A stretch of 64,000 nucleotides of DNA. Origin: a virus. Numbering within the stretch: position 1 is the stretch's first letter; each line of letters begins with the position of its first letter. Made by a program: the position numbers and the translations under genes. The notes beneath the pieces are model-generated. The model was not told the DNA's origin, searched no databases, and saw only the letters and a program-made list of their open reading frames with translations. Below are positions 19,364-28,594 of the stretch, piece by piece. The stretch lies in the IMG/VR virus record IMGVR_UViG_3300045988_113168, one strand, 5' to 3'.

Positions 19364-19669
19364 ATGGCTAAGTATTTTTATGTTTATAATATCGCTGGTG
19401 TCGAGGATTCTATTGTAAAGATGTTCAACACTGATACTGGTGCAATGGGTGAGAAGAGTGTCAAAAAGGATCGCATGGATGGTTTTATTGATGGTATTAA
19501 GACGAGCGGCTTTGTTTTGAATAAGGAGCTGGCAGATGCTGATGTTGCAGAGAGCGAAGCAAAGCGTGTTCTGGCAGAGAAGATGACTGCTTATCAGGCA
19601 GCTCGCGACGATTATCATAATAAGAGCGAGACTCTAAAGAAGGTCAAGGCTAAGTACGGCATTAAGTAA
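19364..19669 (+). CDS. Hypothetical protein
   Basis: RBS GAGGAG. 101 aa. Confidence 0.55.
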   Translation: MAKYFYVYNIAGVEDSIVKMFNTDTGAMGEKSVKKDRMDGFIDGIKTSGFVLNKELADADVAESEAKRVLAEKMTAYQAARDDYHNKSETLKKVKAKYGIK

Positions 19670-19681
19670 GGAGAATACATA

Positions 19682-19993
19682 ATGAAGTATTACGCTATTG
19701 AATCTCATTACGAGAAAGAAGCTCCATTTGGAATTGCATGGCAAATAAAGCTGTTTGATGGGCATACGCTTTTGGAAGAGTACGACCACATCTTTTATAA
19801 CGAGATTGCTGGTTACTGCAAGTGTCTTGAAGATATAGGATTCGTGGATGAGCGATGGACTTTTAAAAGGCCACAGGACGAAGAAGTCCATGACTTTGTT
19901 AAAATGTGCATAAAGAAAAAGGAGAATGCACTTCAGACGGAGTGGTATGAAATGACCGGTAACTGGCCAAATGGCGCAGTGACTCTCGATTAA
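19682..19993 (+). CDS. Hypothetical protein
   Basis: RBS AAGGAG. 103 aa. Confidence 0.55.
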   Translation: MKYYAIESHYEKEAPFGIAWQIKLFDGHTLLEEYDHIFYNEIAGYCKCLEDIGFVDERWTFKRPQDEEVHDFVKMCIKKKENALQTEWYEMTGNWPNGAVTLD

Positions 19994-20022
19994 AAGGTAA
20001 ATTTTACTGAGGAAGTGATTCT

Positions 20023-20355
20023 ATGGCATACGCAGGCAAAAATGGATACGATAAAGACACGGATATTTTATCTCCGATAGCTAGTAATATTATTGGATGG
20101 GTAGGTAAAGCAGATAGAGAAGAGATTCTTGATCTCAGTTTTGAACGAATTTCCCTTTATCAGGTAGGTAAGATTCTTGAAAAACTTGGCTATCAGAATA
20201 TTGATATGAGCGAAAACGGATGGGAAATGGATTACTGGTGGGAGTACGAACTTGCCAATAACGCCAATGATATTCCAAATCTTCCTTGTCGAATTCAAAT
20301 TAAAGGAAGTTGCGCAGAGGGCACAATGATGCTTAATGTTTTAGATAACGAATAA
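20023..20355 (+). CDS. Hypothetical protein
   Basis: RBS GAGGAAG. 110 aa. Confidence 0.55.
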   Translation: MAYAGKNGYDKDTDILSPIASNIIGWVGKADREEILDLSFERISLYQVGKILEKLGYQNIDMSENGWEMDYWWEYELANNANDIPNLPCRIQIKGSCAEGTMMLNVLDNE

Positions 20356-20390
20356 CTTTAATAGTAGTGGTGGGTGGGAGGAATAAATAT

Positions 20391-20663
20391 ATGAATGTTA
20401 TAAAGCATGGAACGCATCGAGCAAAAGATTCTGAAAATTTATATAAAGTGACTTGTAATTCTTGCGGGTGTGTATTTGAAGCTAAAAGATCTGAATTTCA
20501 TGTATGGCCTTTACCAGCACGACCTGTTAGCGAAACGGTAAAAAATTATGATAATACAGGGCGTCCGGCAGAAATACAATGTCCTGAGTGCAAATGCACT
20601 TGTGGAATTAGAATGAGATTGCTTGCAAGAGAATCTGTCTTTTTACACGCATATTGTAGGTGA
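20391..20663 (+). CDS. Zinc-ribbon protein (small paralogue family)
   Basis: CNSCGC...CPECKC. Confidence 0.5.
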   Translation: MNVIKHGTHRAKDSENLYKVTCNSCGCVFEAKRSEFHVWPLPARPVSETVKNYDNTGRPAEIQCPECKCTCGIRMRLLARESVFLHAYCR

Positions 20664-20667
20664 TAGT

Positions 20668-20886
20668 ATGAAAGCACATATTCGAGAAGAAAAGAAAACA
20701 ACTCCATTAAAACTTGGTGAGGGAACATTACTTCAAGAGAAAGACGGCAAACTGTATAAGATTTGTGATACAGTAGAATATGATGATACGCATACCGACG
20801 ATGAAGTTATCAAGGTTGCTTTATCTGAAGAAAATATGATTGTTGGATCGAACTTTTTAATGCATCGTTTGTGTTCACAGATTTAG
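20668..20886 (+). CDS. Hypothetical protein; the only apparent TAG-terminated ORF among those I listed
   Basis: ATG after AGGTGA. Stop TAG at 20884-20886, followed by GTG TAG ... TGA. Confidence 0.5.
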   Translation: MKAHIREEKKTTPLKLGEGTLLQEKDGKLYKICDTVEYDDTHTDDEVIKVALSEENMIVGSNFLMHRLCSQI

Positions 20887-20894
20887 GTGTAGAT

Positions 20895-21125
20895 ATGCAT
20901 AAAACTGATAGTTTGAAAAATCCGGTAATCGTATTTCCATGTAAGAATTGCGGTTGCACAACTAAGATTCGAGTAGCCTCTTTTGAAAATCCTGATTTGG
21001 ATATTCCTGAGAGTAATGTGATTGCGTGCTATAGATGTAGAGCGGAAGTTGCTGGATCTGAGTTTATTTCTTGGAAAGAAGCAACTAAAACTATTTTTAC
21101 CGTGGAGGTGCCAGATGGCAATTAA
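20895..21125 (+). CDS. Zinc-ribbon protein (small paralogue family)
   Basis: CKNCGC...CYRC. Confidence 0.5.
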   Translation: MHKTDSLKNPVIVFPCKNCGCTTKIRVASFENPDLDIPESNVIACYRCRAEVAGSEFISWKEATKTIFTVEVPDGN

Positions 21126-21333
21126 AATTATTCAACATAAACAGACTCCAAAAGAACTTGCATATCATTTTAAATGCAACTGTGGTTGTGAATTTTGGTC
21201 TGATTCGGAAGGTGTTCTGAGTGCGAAGTCATTGGATGTGATTTTATTTTATCAAACACAATGTCCAGAATGCGGCAGTCGTGTAGAGAGCCACGATGAA
21301 CCGGTTCTGCGAGAAGAAATTTTTGACGATTAA
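21115..21333 (+). CDS. Zinc-ribbon protein (small paralogue family)
   Basis: ATG after GGAGGTG. CNCGC...CPECGS. Confidence 0.5.
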   Translation: MAIKIIQHKQTPKELAYHFKCNCGCEFWSDSEGVLSAKSLDVILFYQTQCPECGSRVESHDEPVLREEIFDD

Positions 21334-21362
21334 AATGTATGATTTAAAGTGTGGTGAACGTA

Positions 21363-21761
21363 ATGGAAGTTTGGGAACTAAATCTTCTGCATGATGGGGA
21401 TATAGAACGAATATGTATGTGCTCTGATGAACAACCATTATTCGAAATGGCAGTCGATAGGGCATTTGATTTATTTGCAAAAATAAATGAGTGGCCTCTC
21501 AAACAAGAAAATTGTCATGCTTCCGTAAGTATAAACGACAAGCTTCATTCCATTTTAGTGAAGATTAGCACACAAGACGATAATACAGTTGAACTCTGGG
21601 AGTATAAATGGGAATGCATTTATAAAGAACCTCATGAAGACAAGTCTAGTAACACCTTACTTCAGGAAGTTGTTTCTCGTGTGCAAGACATTCCAAAACT
21701 ATTTTATGATTGGGCGGAGAATTTCTGTTGGAGAGCGAGAAAGAATGGCTATTTGCAGTAA
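21363..21761 (+). CDS. Hypothetical protein
   Basis: ATG 21363, in frame with the track ORF from GTG 21351. Confidence 0.45.
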   Translation: MEVWELNLLHDGDIERICMCSDEQPLFEMAVDRAFDLFAKINEWPLKQENCHASVSINDKLHSILVKISTQDDNTVELWEYKWECIYKEPHEDKSSNTLLQEVVSRVQDIPKLFYDWAENFCWRARKNGYLQ

Positions 21762-22089
21762 ATGTTTGCATAAAGAAGTATGCGCTTTTAGGAAGCAAAC
21801 AAGAGATAGTTGCGCTGAATCTTGCAAAGATTTCCTCGGTTGGGTCAAGGTCATGGGTGAGCGTCCGATTCCTTTAAAAGACAATCTTGTAATAAGCAGT
21901 TATGGTCTGTCGTTTATTGGATATTACGATTACAACAAAAGAGATCGAGAACACTTTTACGATGTAAACGCCCTCGAAAAAATTTATGAATGTCCATCTT
22001 ACTGGCTGAAAGGACTTGATTTGCATGAGCAAGAAAAAATCGCTAACAAAGAATACGAGTGTAGGAAATCCAATATGGGACAAGTATGA
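21745..22089 (+). CDS. Hypothetical Cys-rich protein
   Basis: ATG 21745 (MAICSKCLHKEVCAF...). Confidence 0.45.
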   Translation: MAICSKCLHKEVCAFRKQTRDSCAESCKDFLGWVKVMGERPIPLKDNLVISSYGLSFIGYYDYNKRDREHFYDVNALEKIYECPSYWLKGLDLHEQEKIANKEYECRKSNMGQV

Positions 22090-22384
22090 GATTGTAGGAG
22101 TCTCTTTTGACACATCAAATAATCCAAACAAGAAGTTCTTCAAGCCGGTTTACATAATGCCGGATGGAGATGTCGTAGCTTGCGATGGAACTCACGATTT
22201 CAATTATGATCCTAACAAAGAAATTCAAATTGTTCCAAAGGAATCTATCCCATTTTATGGCAAGCCAACAGAGCCTGCTGTTTATTGTGATGATGATGGC
22301 AACTGTGTGGATGTTGACGGTAATCCTCTCGGTATGAAATGGGACGACTTTATGGAGAAGCAGTTCCGAACGGTAAATAAATAA
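22025..22384 (+). CDS. Hypothetical protein
   Basis: First ATG of the ORF. The start is uncertain and overlaps the previous gene. Confidence 0.4.
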   Translation: MSKKKSLTKNTSVGNPIWDKYEIVGVSFDTSNNPNKKFFKPVYIMPDGDVVACDGTHDFNYDPNKEIQIVPKESIPFYGKPTEPAVYCDDDGNCVDVDGNPLGMKWDDFMEKQFRTVNK

Positions 22385-22448
22385 CGTATCATCGCTATAA
22401 AAATTAGAAAATAATACGGTAAAACTAGACTTTTATGAGGTAGATTGA

Positions 22449-22910
22449 ATGGACGATAGATTTTCAATCGAAAAGAATCACTGGGAAATACAAAATCCAG
22501 AATGGGAAAGCTATTCTCATTTCATCTGCACTAAAGACCATTATTGGACTGGTGTATACGGTATCAGCAACTATTTTCTTCAATATAAGAATTTTAGCAG
22601 AAATAAACCAGTCGAACGATTTTCTGTAGAATGGCCGAACTTCGTAGAGCACATGTGGTTTATCCATTGGCGTGACCCATGGGATTATATTTTTGCTTCA
22701 TATAAATTATCCGAGATCAAACGATTTTTAGAACTTGATATTGAAACCATTAAAAAGAACCATTGGCCGGATGGCCGTTGCACTTGCTACAGTATTTATG
22801 ACTACGTGACGAAAAAATGGTACTATTTTAAAATCGAAAATTTGGGAACATTTTATGGATGCATGTGGCCGTTGGGTGATGATACGTGGGAGGTGATTAG
22901 TTGTGACTAA
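22449..22910 (+). CDS. Hypothetical Trp-rich protein
   Basis: 153 aa, Trp/Tyr-rich. Confidence 0.5.
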   Translation: MDDRFSIEKNHWEIQNPEWESYSHFICTKDHYWTGVYGISNYFLQYKNFSRNKPVERFSVEWPNFVEHMWFIHWRDPWDYIFASYKLSEIKRFLELDIETIKKNHWPDGRCTCYSIYDYVTKKWYYFKIENLGTFYGCMWPLGDDTWEVISCD

Positions 22911-23391
22911 ACAAATAGGCTATTATAAATCCGACTGGTACATTATGGGCATTGATGGAAAATATAACAATGCCTGTATCTCGCATACAGAATCGCAGCT
23001 TCGATATACAGTTCCAAGGTCGCCAGAATGGACCATCAACGGATTGGGTTTTGCTTACCTTAGAGAACATGGATTTGAAGATTATCCTGAACTCTATGGT
23101 ATTGTATTATATGATATGGAGTGGTGGAGACGAAAACGCTATCCGGGTGACTTTTATGTAGAGATACCAATTTGCGATTCGTGTGCGGATACCTTTCATT
23201 TAAAATGGCGTTGTAAGGAATTTCGTGTACATCAGTGGTCTAACTTGAGAAAAGAAACAAAGTGGGTGAAAGGCAGAAGCAACTACACTATTTGTGAGCT
23301 CGCCCATAAATTACCACATGAAGAGTTTATTGAGTATTTGAAAGACAACGGCATCTATATTGTAAACGAAAGTGGTGTTGAACTTGGATGA
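22903..23391 (+). CDS. Hypothetical Trp-rich protein
   Basis: GTG after GGGAGGTGA. Confidence 0.5.
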   Translation: MTKQIGYYKSDWYIMGIDGKYNNACISHTESQLRYTVPRSPEWTINGLGFAYLREHGFEDYPELYGIVLYDMEWWRRKRYPGDFYVEIPICDSCADTFHLKWRCKEFRVHQWSNLRKETKWVKGRSNYTICELAHKLPHEEFIEYLKDNGIYIVNESGVELG

Positions 23392-23830
23392 TAAAATTTG
23401 TTTTGTGAACTACCGACCATACCTTACAATAGTAGATTACGGAGATTGGACTCCAAGATGGAAAATCGCATATTGGATTGATATAGATGGATTTAAGCCT
23501 GGATTTAGAATCTCAAGGAACTTCATTCATCCATATCTAAATAACGTCACGCGCCCATGTTTAAACGTAGTAGCCTATGTCGATATGTATGATCCATTCG
23601 TTAAAACACTTTTGTTGAGTTGTATGACAACAAATAAGTCAAATCTAATTCCGGGTGATTTATATCTTGTGTGGAGATGCCCCGGTAATTTTTCATGGCC
23701 GGACTGCGAGCCACATTTTACATTAAGAAAGTTCAATCAGAAATATTTATTCAAAGATGGCGACGTGAAATGTTGGGTGAACATGAAAAATATCGATTGG
23801 AGCAAACAATGGCTCCTTCATCGTATTTGA
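23372..23830 (+). CDS. Hypothetical Trp-rich protein
   Basis: GTG/TTG start is ambiguous. 152 aa. Confidence 0.45.
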   Translation: MVLNLDDKICFVNYRPYLTIVDYGDWTPRWKIAYWIDIDGFKPGFRISRNFIHPYLNNVTRPCLNVVAYVDMYDPFVKTLLLSCMTTNKSNLIPGDLYLVWRCPGNFSWPDCEPHFTLRKFNQKYLFKDGDVKCWVNMKNIDWSKQWLLHRI

Positions 23831-23912
23831 GGTAATAAATGAGTAAAAATAATAGCGATAATGCGTTAAATAAAAGCGACAAATTTACAGTAGAATTAGG
23901 GTTTTATAAAGG

Positions 23913-24335
23913 ATGGCATATATGAAATTACTTTTACAGTTTAACGGTGGCTTTACTGGTTTTTATAGTAAGTTTCTATTGATTGATACCGATTCACACA
24001 AGATGGTAAAAACGGATGGTATTATGAAGGATGACTTGACCAGTATAAAATATATTTGGGATTATCTTGAAAATGAAAAGATTCCAGATATTGATGACTT
24101 CGATAAATTACTTTGTCAGGATTTTGATTATGATATATCCATACTTGAATGTTTTCTGCCAACTGCTCAAGTGATTACGAATACTTCTATTGTGATTATG
24201 GACGACATCAATTATGATGTTTATCTATCATCTGAAAACGTTCCGTACAGAAAGTTCAGATTGAATTCTTCATCATATCTTGAAAATGACGCTCTCAGCG
24301 CAAAGCTTAGAAAACTATTTCAGACATTCTTATAA
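23913..24335 (+). CDS. Hypothetical protein
   Basis: 140 aa. An alternative ATG lies at 23922. Confidence 0.5.
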   Translation: MAYMKLLLQFNGGFTGFYSKFLLIDTDSHKMVKTDGIMKDDLTSIKYIWDYLENEKIPDIDDFDKLLCQDFDYDISILECFLPTAQVITNTSIVIMDDINYDVYLSSENVPYRKFRLNSSSYLENDALSAKLRKLFQTFL

Positions 24336-24347
24336 AGGAGGTTCGTA

Positions 24348-25175
24348 ATGATTATTGACTGCAAATCTATCGCACAATATATCAAAAATAAAATCAAGAA
24401 TATTATCGCAGAAGATGACTACGCTCCTGTTTTATATATTTATCAAGTGGGGAATAACCCTGCGTCCAATGCTTATATTCGCGGCAAGCTGCGTGACTGT
24501 GAAGAGGTGGGAATCGAAGCAGAGCTTATTAAATTGCCAGAAAATATCAATGAAGACGAATTAAACAATAAAATACTGGAAGATTATAATTGGGAAGATG
24601 TGGACGGTATCATTGTCCAGCTCCCGCTGCCAAAACATATCGATCCCAAAAATATTTGTATTCCAGATGAACTTGATGTTGATGGCTTTAATTCCACATC
24701 CAAATTTCAGCCATGTACTCCACTTGGTGTTATGAAGATTTTCGACTCCATCGGTTACGATCTGGATGGCAAGAATGTGCTTGTATGCGGTCAATCTGAT
24801 ATTGTTGGTCGTCCGCTGGTTGATATGCTGATTAAGCGCCACTGTAATGTGATCTCTGTGAACAGCAGCGGAAGTTTTATGAAATGCACGGCTCTTGCAA
24901 TGGATATGGTCGATGTGATCATCTCTGCAGTCGGAAAACGTAATTTCATCACACCGCTTGGTCTTGATCGAGTAGAGGTCTGCATCGATGTTGGCATCAA
25001 CTATGACGAAAACGGAAAGCAGCACGGTGATTGCGCTGACGCTGTTTATGAGATGGAGAATATCAAAGTTACACCTCGTATCGGCGGTGTTGGGCTTATG
25101 ACACGTGCCATGCTACTTTATAATGTATGTGTGGCAAAGTACGGAGCAGTGAAGATGGAAGAGGTGATTGGATGA
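24348..25175 (+). CDS. folD: Bifunctional methylene-THF dehydrogenase/methenyl-THF cyclohydrolase FolD
   Basis: YIRGKLRDCEEVGI, DGIIVQLPLP, PCTPLGVMK, GQSDIVGRPL and GGVGLMTRAMLL motifs. RBS AAAGGAGG. Confidence 0.85.
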   Translation: MIIDCKSIAQYIKNKIKNIIAEDDYAPVLYIYQVGNNPASNAYIRGKLRDCEEVGIEAELIKLPENINEDELNNKILEDYNWEDVDGIIVQLPLPKHIDPKNICIPDELDVDGFNSTSKFQPCTPLGVMKIFDSIGYDLDGKNVLVCGQSDIVGRPLVDMLIKRHCNVISVNSSGSFMKCTALAMDMVDVIISAVGKRNFITPLGLDRVEVCIDVGINYDENGKQHGDCADAVYEMENIKVTPRIGGVGLMTRAMLLYNVCVAKYGAVKMEEVIG

Positions 25176-25366
25176 AAGAAGTCCCAATTTGGGAAAAGAC
25201 GACTCTGACGTTAGATGAAGCGGCTGCTTACACGGGGATTGGGGTCTGCCGACTAAGAGCGATTACTGATGATGAAAACTGTCCATTGGTACTTTGGGTG
25301 GGGAATAAACGTCTTATCAAACGTAAGGCTCTCGAAAAATATATAGATCAAACGTATTCTGTTTGA
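25172..25366 (+). CDS. xis: Excisionase-type HTH DNA-binding protein
   Basis: LTLDEAAAYTGIGVCRLR helix-turn-helix. ATGA overlap with folD. Lies immediately upstream of the integrase. Confidence 0.65.
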   Translation: MKEVPIWEKTTLTLDEAAAYTGIGVCRLRAITDDENCPLVLWVGNKRLIKRKALEKYIDQTYSV

Positions 25367-25439
25367 AATATAGGCTCTGATGTGGTATACTCATGGTGTC
25401 ACACCAGAGCTTCTTATATAACGTAAGGAGTTCCGCATC

Positions 25440-26606
25440 ATGATAAGACGTAAAGATAATAATGGCAAAGTTTTAAAAGACGGCGAGAGCCAGAGAAAGG
25501 ATGGGAGATACCAATATAGATGGACAAACAAACTTGGAAAACGCTCAATAATATACGCCACTTCACTTAAAGAATTGAGAGAAAAAGAAGCTGAAATCCA
25601 AGAAAAACTTAATTTGGGTACAACGTCTACTTCAAAAATCACAGTGTACCAATTAGCAAAAAGACATCTCGAAGAAACAAAACTTACTATTAGGCCAAGC
25701 AGCTATAAAACAAAATCGCAGAATTTGAAAATCTTTCAGAATCACCTAATTGGGGAAATGAATGCAACTGATATTTTAGTGCGCGATGTAAAACAATTTG
25801 CACGAGAATTGGATAACGAAGGATATTGTTATACAACAATCAGAGATGTCATGTCTTTAGCTAGACCGGCATTTCAAGAAATGTTTGATGAGAATATAAT
25901 TCCTAGAAATCCATTCGTTTTTAAATTAAATACAGTTGTCAAATGTGACTCAAAAGAAAAAGAAATATTAACAGAAGAGCAGTATCAAAATCTGATCAAG
26001 TTCATGAAATCTAGTCGAGTATATAAAAGGCATGTTGGGATGGTGATGCTTTTGCACGAGACAGGACTTCGAGCAGGAGAATTATGCGGGCTAACAAAAA
26101 AGTCATTTGATTTTGATAACAACACTGTTACTATATCTCATCAGATGGTGTACGATGGAAAGAGCGGCGGGCTGTATTTAGCACCTACAAAAACAGAAAG
26201 TGGGATAAGGACTATCCCATTATCTAAAGACGCCATCATTGCTTTTGAAGAAGCGGTAAAACAACGTCCGATTGTAAAAGCAGAGAGAATAATAGATGGG
26301 CAAGCCGACTTCTTGTTTATAGCAAAAACTGGAAGGCCCTATACGAATAAAAACCTTGTTAGAATTTTTGAAGGACTAATCAAAGCATATAATAGTTGCC
26401 ATGATGAACCATTGCCTGAAGTCACTGCCCACAGTATGCGCCACGAATATTGTACACGGCTTGTCAAAGCCAAGATGGATGTTAAATCGGTTCAATACCT
26501 CATGGGGCATTCGTCGCCCGATATAACCTTGAAAGTGTATACTCATATCTTAAAAGAAGAGACCGAAGCAGAGGCAATCAAACAGTTTAATAGGATTGTT
26601 TCCTAA
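25440..26606 (+). CDS. int: Tyrosine recombinase/integrase (Tn916-type with N-terminal arm-binding domain)
   Basis: N-terminus RKDGRYQYRW... Catalytic residues in HETGLRAGEL, AHSMRHEY and LKVYTHI. Confidence 0.85.
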   Translation: MIRRKDNNGKVLKDGESQRKDGRYQYRWTNKLGKRSIIYATSLKELREKEAEIQEKLNLGTTSTSKITVYQLAKRHLEETKLTIRPSSYKTKSQNLKIFQNHLIGEMNATDILVRDVKQFARELDNEGYCYTTIRDVMSLARPAFQEMFDENIIPRNPFVFKLNTVVKCDSKEKEILTEEQYQNLIKFMKSSRVYKRHVGMVMLLHETGLRAGELCGLTKKSFDFDNNTVTISHQMVYDGKSGGLYLAPTKTESGIRTIPLSKDAIIAFEEAVKQRPIVKAERIIDGQADFLFIAKTGRPYTNKNLVRIFEGLIKAYNSCHDEPLPEVTAHSMRHEYCTRLVKAKMDVKSVQYLMGHSSPDITLKVYTHILKEETEAEAIKQFNRIVS

Positions 26607-26990
26607 TTATTTGACACCAATTTTGACACCAAATCTTCAAAAGATATATAGACTTACAGAGATTTGCATAGAGTCCATTTTGGAATGGCAAAAAACGACT
26701 TCGAAATAATGTCGCAATATCGATAAATATAGACTTATAGAGATTTGTATAGACCATCTTGAAAAAAAGTAGAAAGTAAGGTATAATATACCTAATTTTG
26801 CTCAATGGTTGAAAAACATCGATATTACGACTAAAATCATCTATTTCGGAATCGTTTTACACCACTTTGACACCAATTTGAATTTTACACCACTAGCACC
26901 GTAGTCGAATCCGATTTTGAGTCTTAATCGTAAGAGTTCTGATGTGACACAGCAGCCCCGGCGTCCTAGTGACGCCATTACATAAGCAGC
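26607..26990. repeat. attP-like region with arm-type repeats
   Basis: TTGACACCAA x3 (26611, 26623, 26867). TTTTACACCAC x2 (26855, 26883). A 28-bp direct repeat ATATAGACTTAYAGAGATTTGYATAGA at 26646 and 26727. Hairpin at 26960-26976. Confidence 0.55.
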
Positions 26991-27061
26991 GTTAAAATTG
27001 AAAATCGCATTTGAACAACGATATATTCATGATGGGCGTGGGAGTAATCCTGCGCCTTTTC

Positions 27062-27090
27062 TTGAATTCTTGTTATCCGTATGATACAAT
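27062..27090 (+). promoter_or_regulatory. Promoter of the accessory operon
   Basis: TTGAAT, 17-nt spacer, TGaTACAAT (extended -10). Confidence 0.5.
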
Positions 27091-27112
27091 TTATACAAAG
27101 GAGTGGGGCAAT

Positions 27113-27562
27113 ATGGACATTTATGAAGAACTGCATTCGCGCTATATTCAACTTTATGCTAGCGCCATGGATTTGAATAAAGAATATCATATGAAATTTG
27201 ATTTGGTCATGAAAAAATATCAAAAAATATGGGATGATGGATTTAGTGTTTTTCCGGCTACAAATATGATGAATTTTATGGTTCCTTCAAAAAGGAAACC
27301 GGAAGATGAGGAGAAAGAGCTCTCGCTTCTTATGGAGTGGACTGCAGATAAAGTGTTTGATATTGTCGTCGAAAATTGGTTAAGCAAACTTACAAGAGAG
27401 CAAGTCGTTTTTATGTTAAACGCGATATCTGAACTCGATTATAATGCTCAGCTTTCTTTTGAAAAATCCCACTCAATCACTCCGAAACAAATATTGAACG
27501 TTTGGAATAAAACGCACCAAGAAGCTGAAAATATTTACATGATGCCGGAGTTCGAATCATGA
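27113..27562 (+). CDS. Hypothetical protein
   Basis: ATG 27113 after AAGGAG. Confidence 0.55.
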   Translation: MDIYEELHSRYIQLYASAMDLNKEYHMKFDLVMKKYQKIWDDGFSVFPATNMMNFMVPSKRKPEDEEKELSLLMEWTADKVFDIVVENWLSKLTREQVVFMLNAISELDYNAQLSFEKSHSITPKQILNVWNKTHQEAENIYMMPEFES

Positions 27563-28593
27563 AAAAAGAAACGTATCTTCCGCTTGATATTTTGAAAAAA
27601 ATTACGGCGCATTACCCTAAAGCATGGGAGCAGATGGAAATGTTTCATAATGCAAACGGGGAACCAAATCTGGGAACGTGGCCTGAATGGTGCTACGCCC
27701 CTATGAGCGCTGCGTTGGCGGTGGCATCTCAAGGATATGATTTAAACAAGCTCCCTATTGATATAAGAATGGAGATAACATCTATAGCTCAGGCGATATT
27801 TGCGTTGGCCCCGTGGCGACTAAGTAAAGAGGTCTATGTTATTGACGAAGATTTAAAAGACCTTTTGTTTGAGCAGGACGGAGAACTCGATGTCCCTAAC
27901 GAAATATTATTGCAGCTTCCGTATCCGTGCTTTTATGTGGAACTTCCAAACACATATTATAGGGCAGATAAAATACATGGGTTCTTTGTGACATTAGAAT
28001 ATGATGTTATCAATGGAGATAAAGAATTAAAACCGGTTTTTCTTACTGACAACGGAGATATATTCAGCTATTCCATTCATATTGGAGCAAAAACAATAGA
28101 AGAAAGCGTGGATATGCTTGATAAGCAGGCGCTTGAAAATACAAACGGAGATAAAGAACTGAAACGTTTGGCATTAAGAGCGATGCAGGATTCAGCAGAA
28201 ACAAAAATATTTCTAAAACAAATCCTTCAAGTAATATTATATATTCTTGCACAGAACGCAGAAATCACGCCAAGTTCTGAACAGTCTTTTATCACCAAAA
28301 GAGGAAAAACACTCAAGGATAAATATTCTGAAATTCGAAAGTGGGATGTTGGCATTCGTGTTGGAGCTGCGATAAGACAGCAAAAAATACGCGAGCAGTC
28401 TGAGTGGTCGGAACGCAATCAAAGCGGACATAATTCGCCACGTCCTCATATACGTCGCGGTCATTGGCATCATTTTTGGACAGGCCCAAAAACACAGCCC
28501 GAAGAACGAAAACTTATCTTAAAGTGGTTGTCACCCATGACCGTTGCCGCAAATCCAGATGACACACCAATTGTACTTCATAAGGTAAAGTAA
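27559..28593 (+). CDS. Hypothetical protein with C-terminal RPHIRRGHWHHFWTGPK motif
   Basis: ATGA overlap. 344 aa. No family recognised. Confidence 0.6.
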   Translation: MKKETYLPLDILKKITAHYPKAWEQMEMFHNANGEPNLGTWPEWCYAPMSAALAVASQGYDLNKLPIDIRMEITSIAQAIFALAPWRLSKEVYVIDEDLKDLLFEQDGELDVPNEILLQLPYPCFYVELPNTYYRADKIHGFFVTLEYDVINGDKELKPVFLTDNGDIFSYSIHIGAKTIEESVDMLDKQALENTNGDKELKRLALRAMQDSAETKIFLKQILQVILYILAQNAEITPSSEQSFITKRGKTLKDKYSEIRKWDVGIRVGAAIRQQKIREQSEWSERNQSGHNSPRPHIRRGHWHHFWTGPKTQPEERKLILKWLSPMTVAANPDDTPIVLHKVK

Positions 28594-28594
28594 A

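Noticed and set aside
26587-26805. 72-aa minus-strand ORF in the attP-like region.
   Set aside because: It lies entirely within the repeat-rich non-coding DNA, has no RBS, and its composition is driven by the repeats.
26960-26976. Hairpin GGCGT-CCTAGTG-ACGCC, whose minus-strand loop CACTAGG would present a CUA anticodon. Considered as the anticodon arm of an amber suppressor tRNA.
   Set aside because: Position 33 would be A rather than U. There is no T-arm (TTCRANT), D-arm or acceptor pairing in the flanks on either strand. It more likely belongs to the attP core region.
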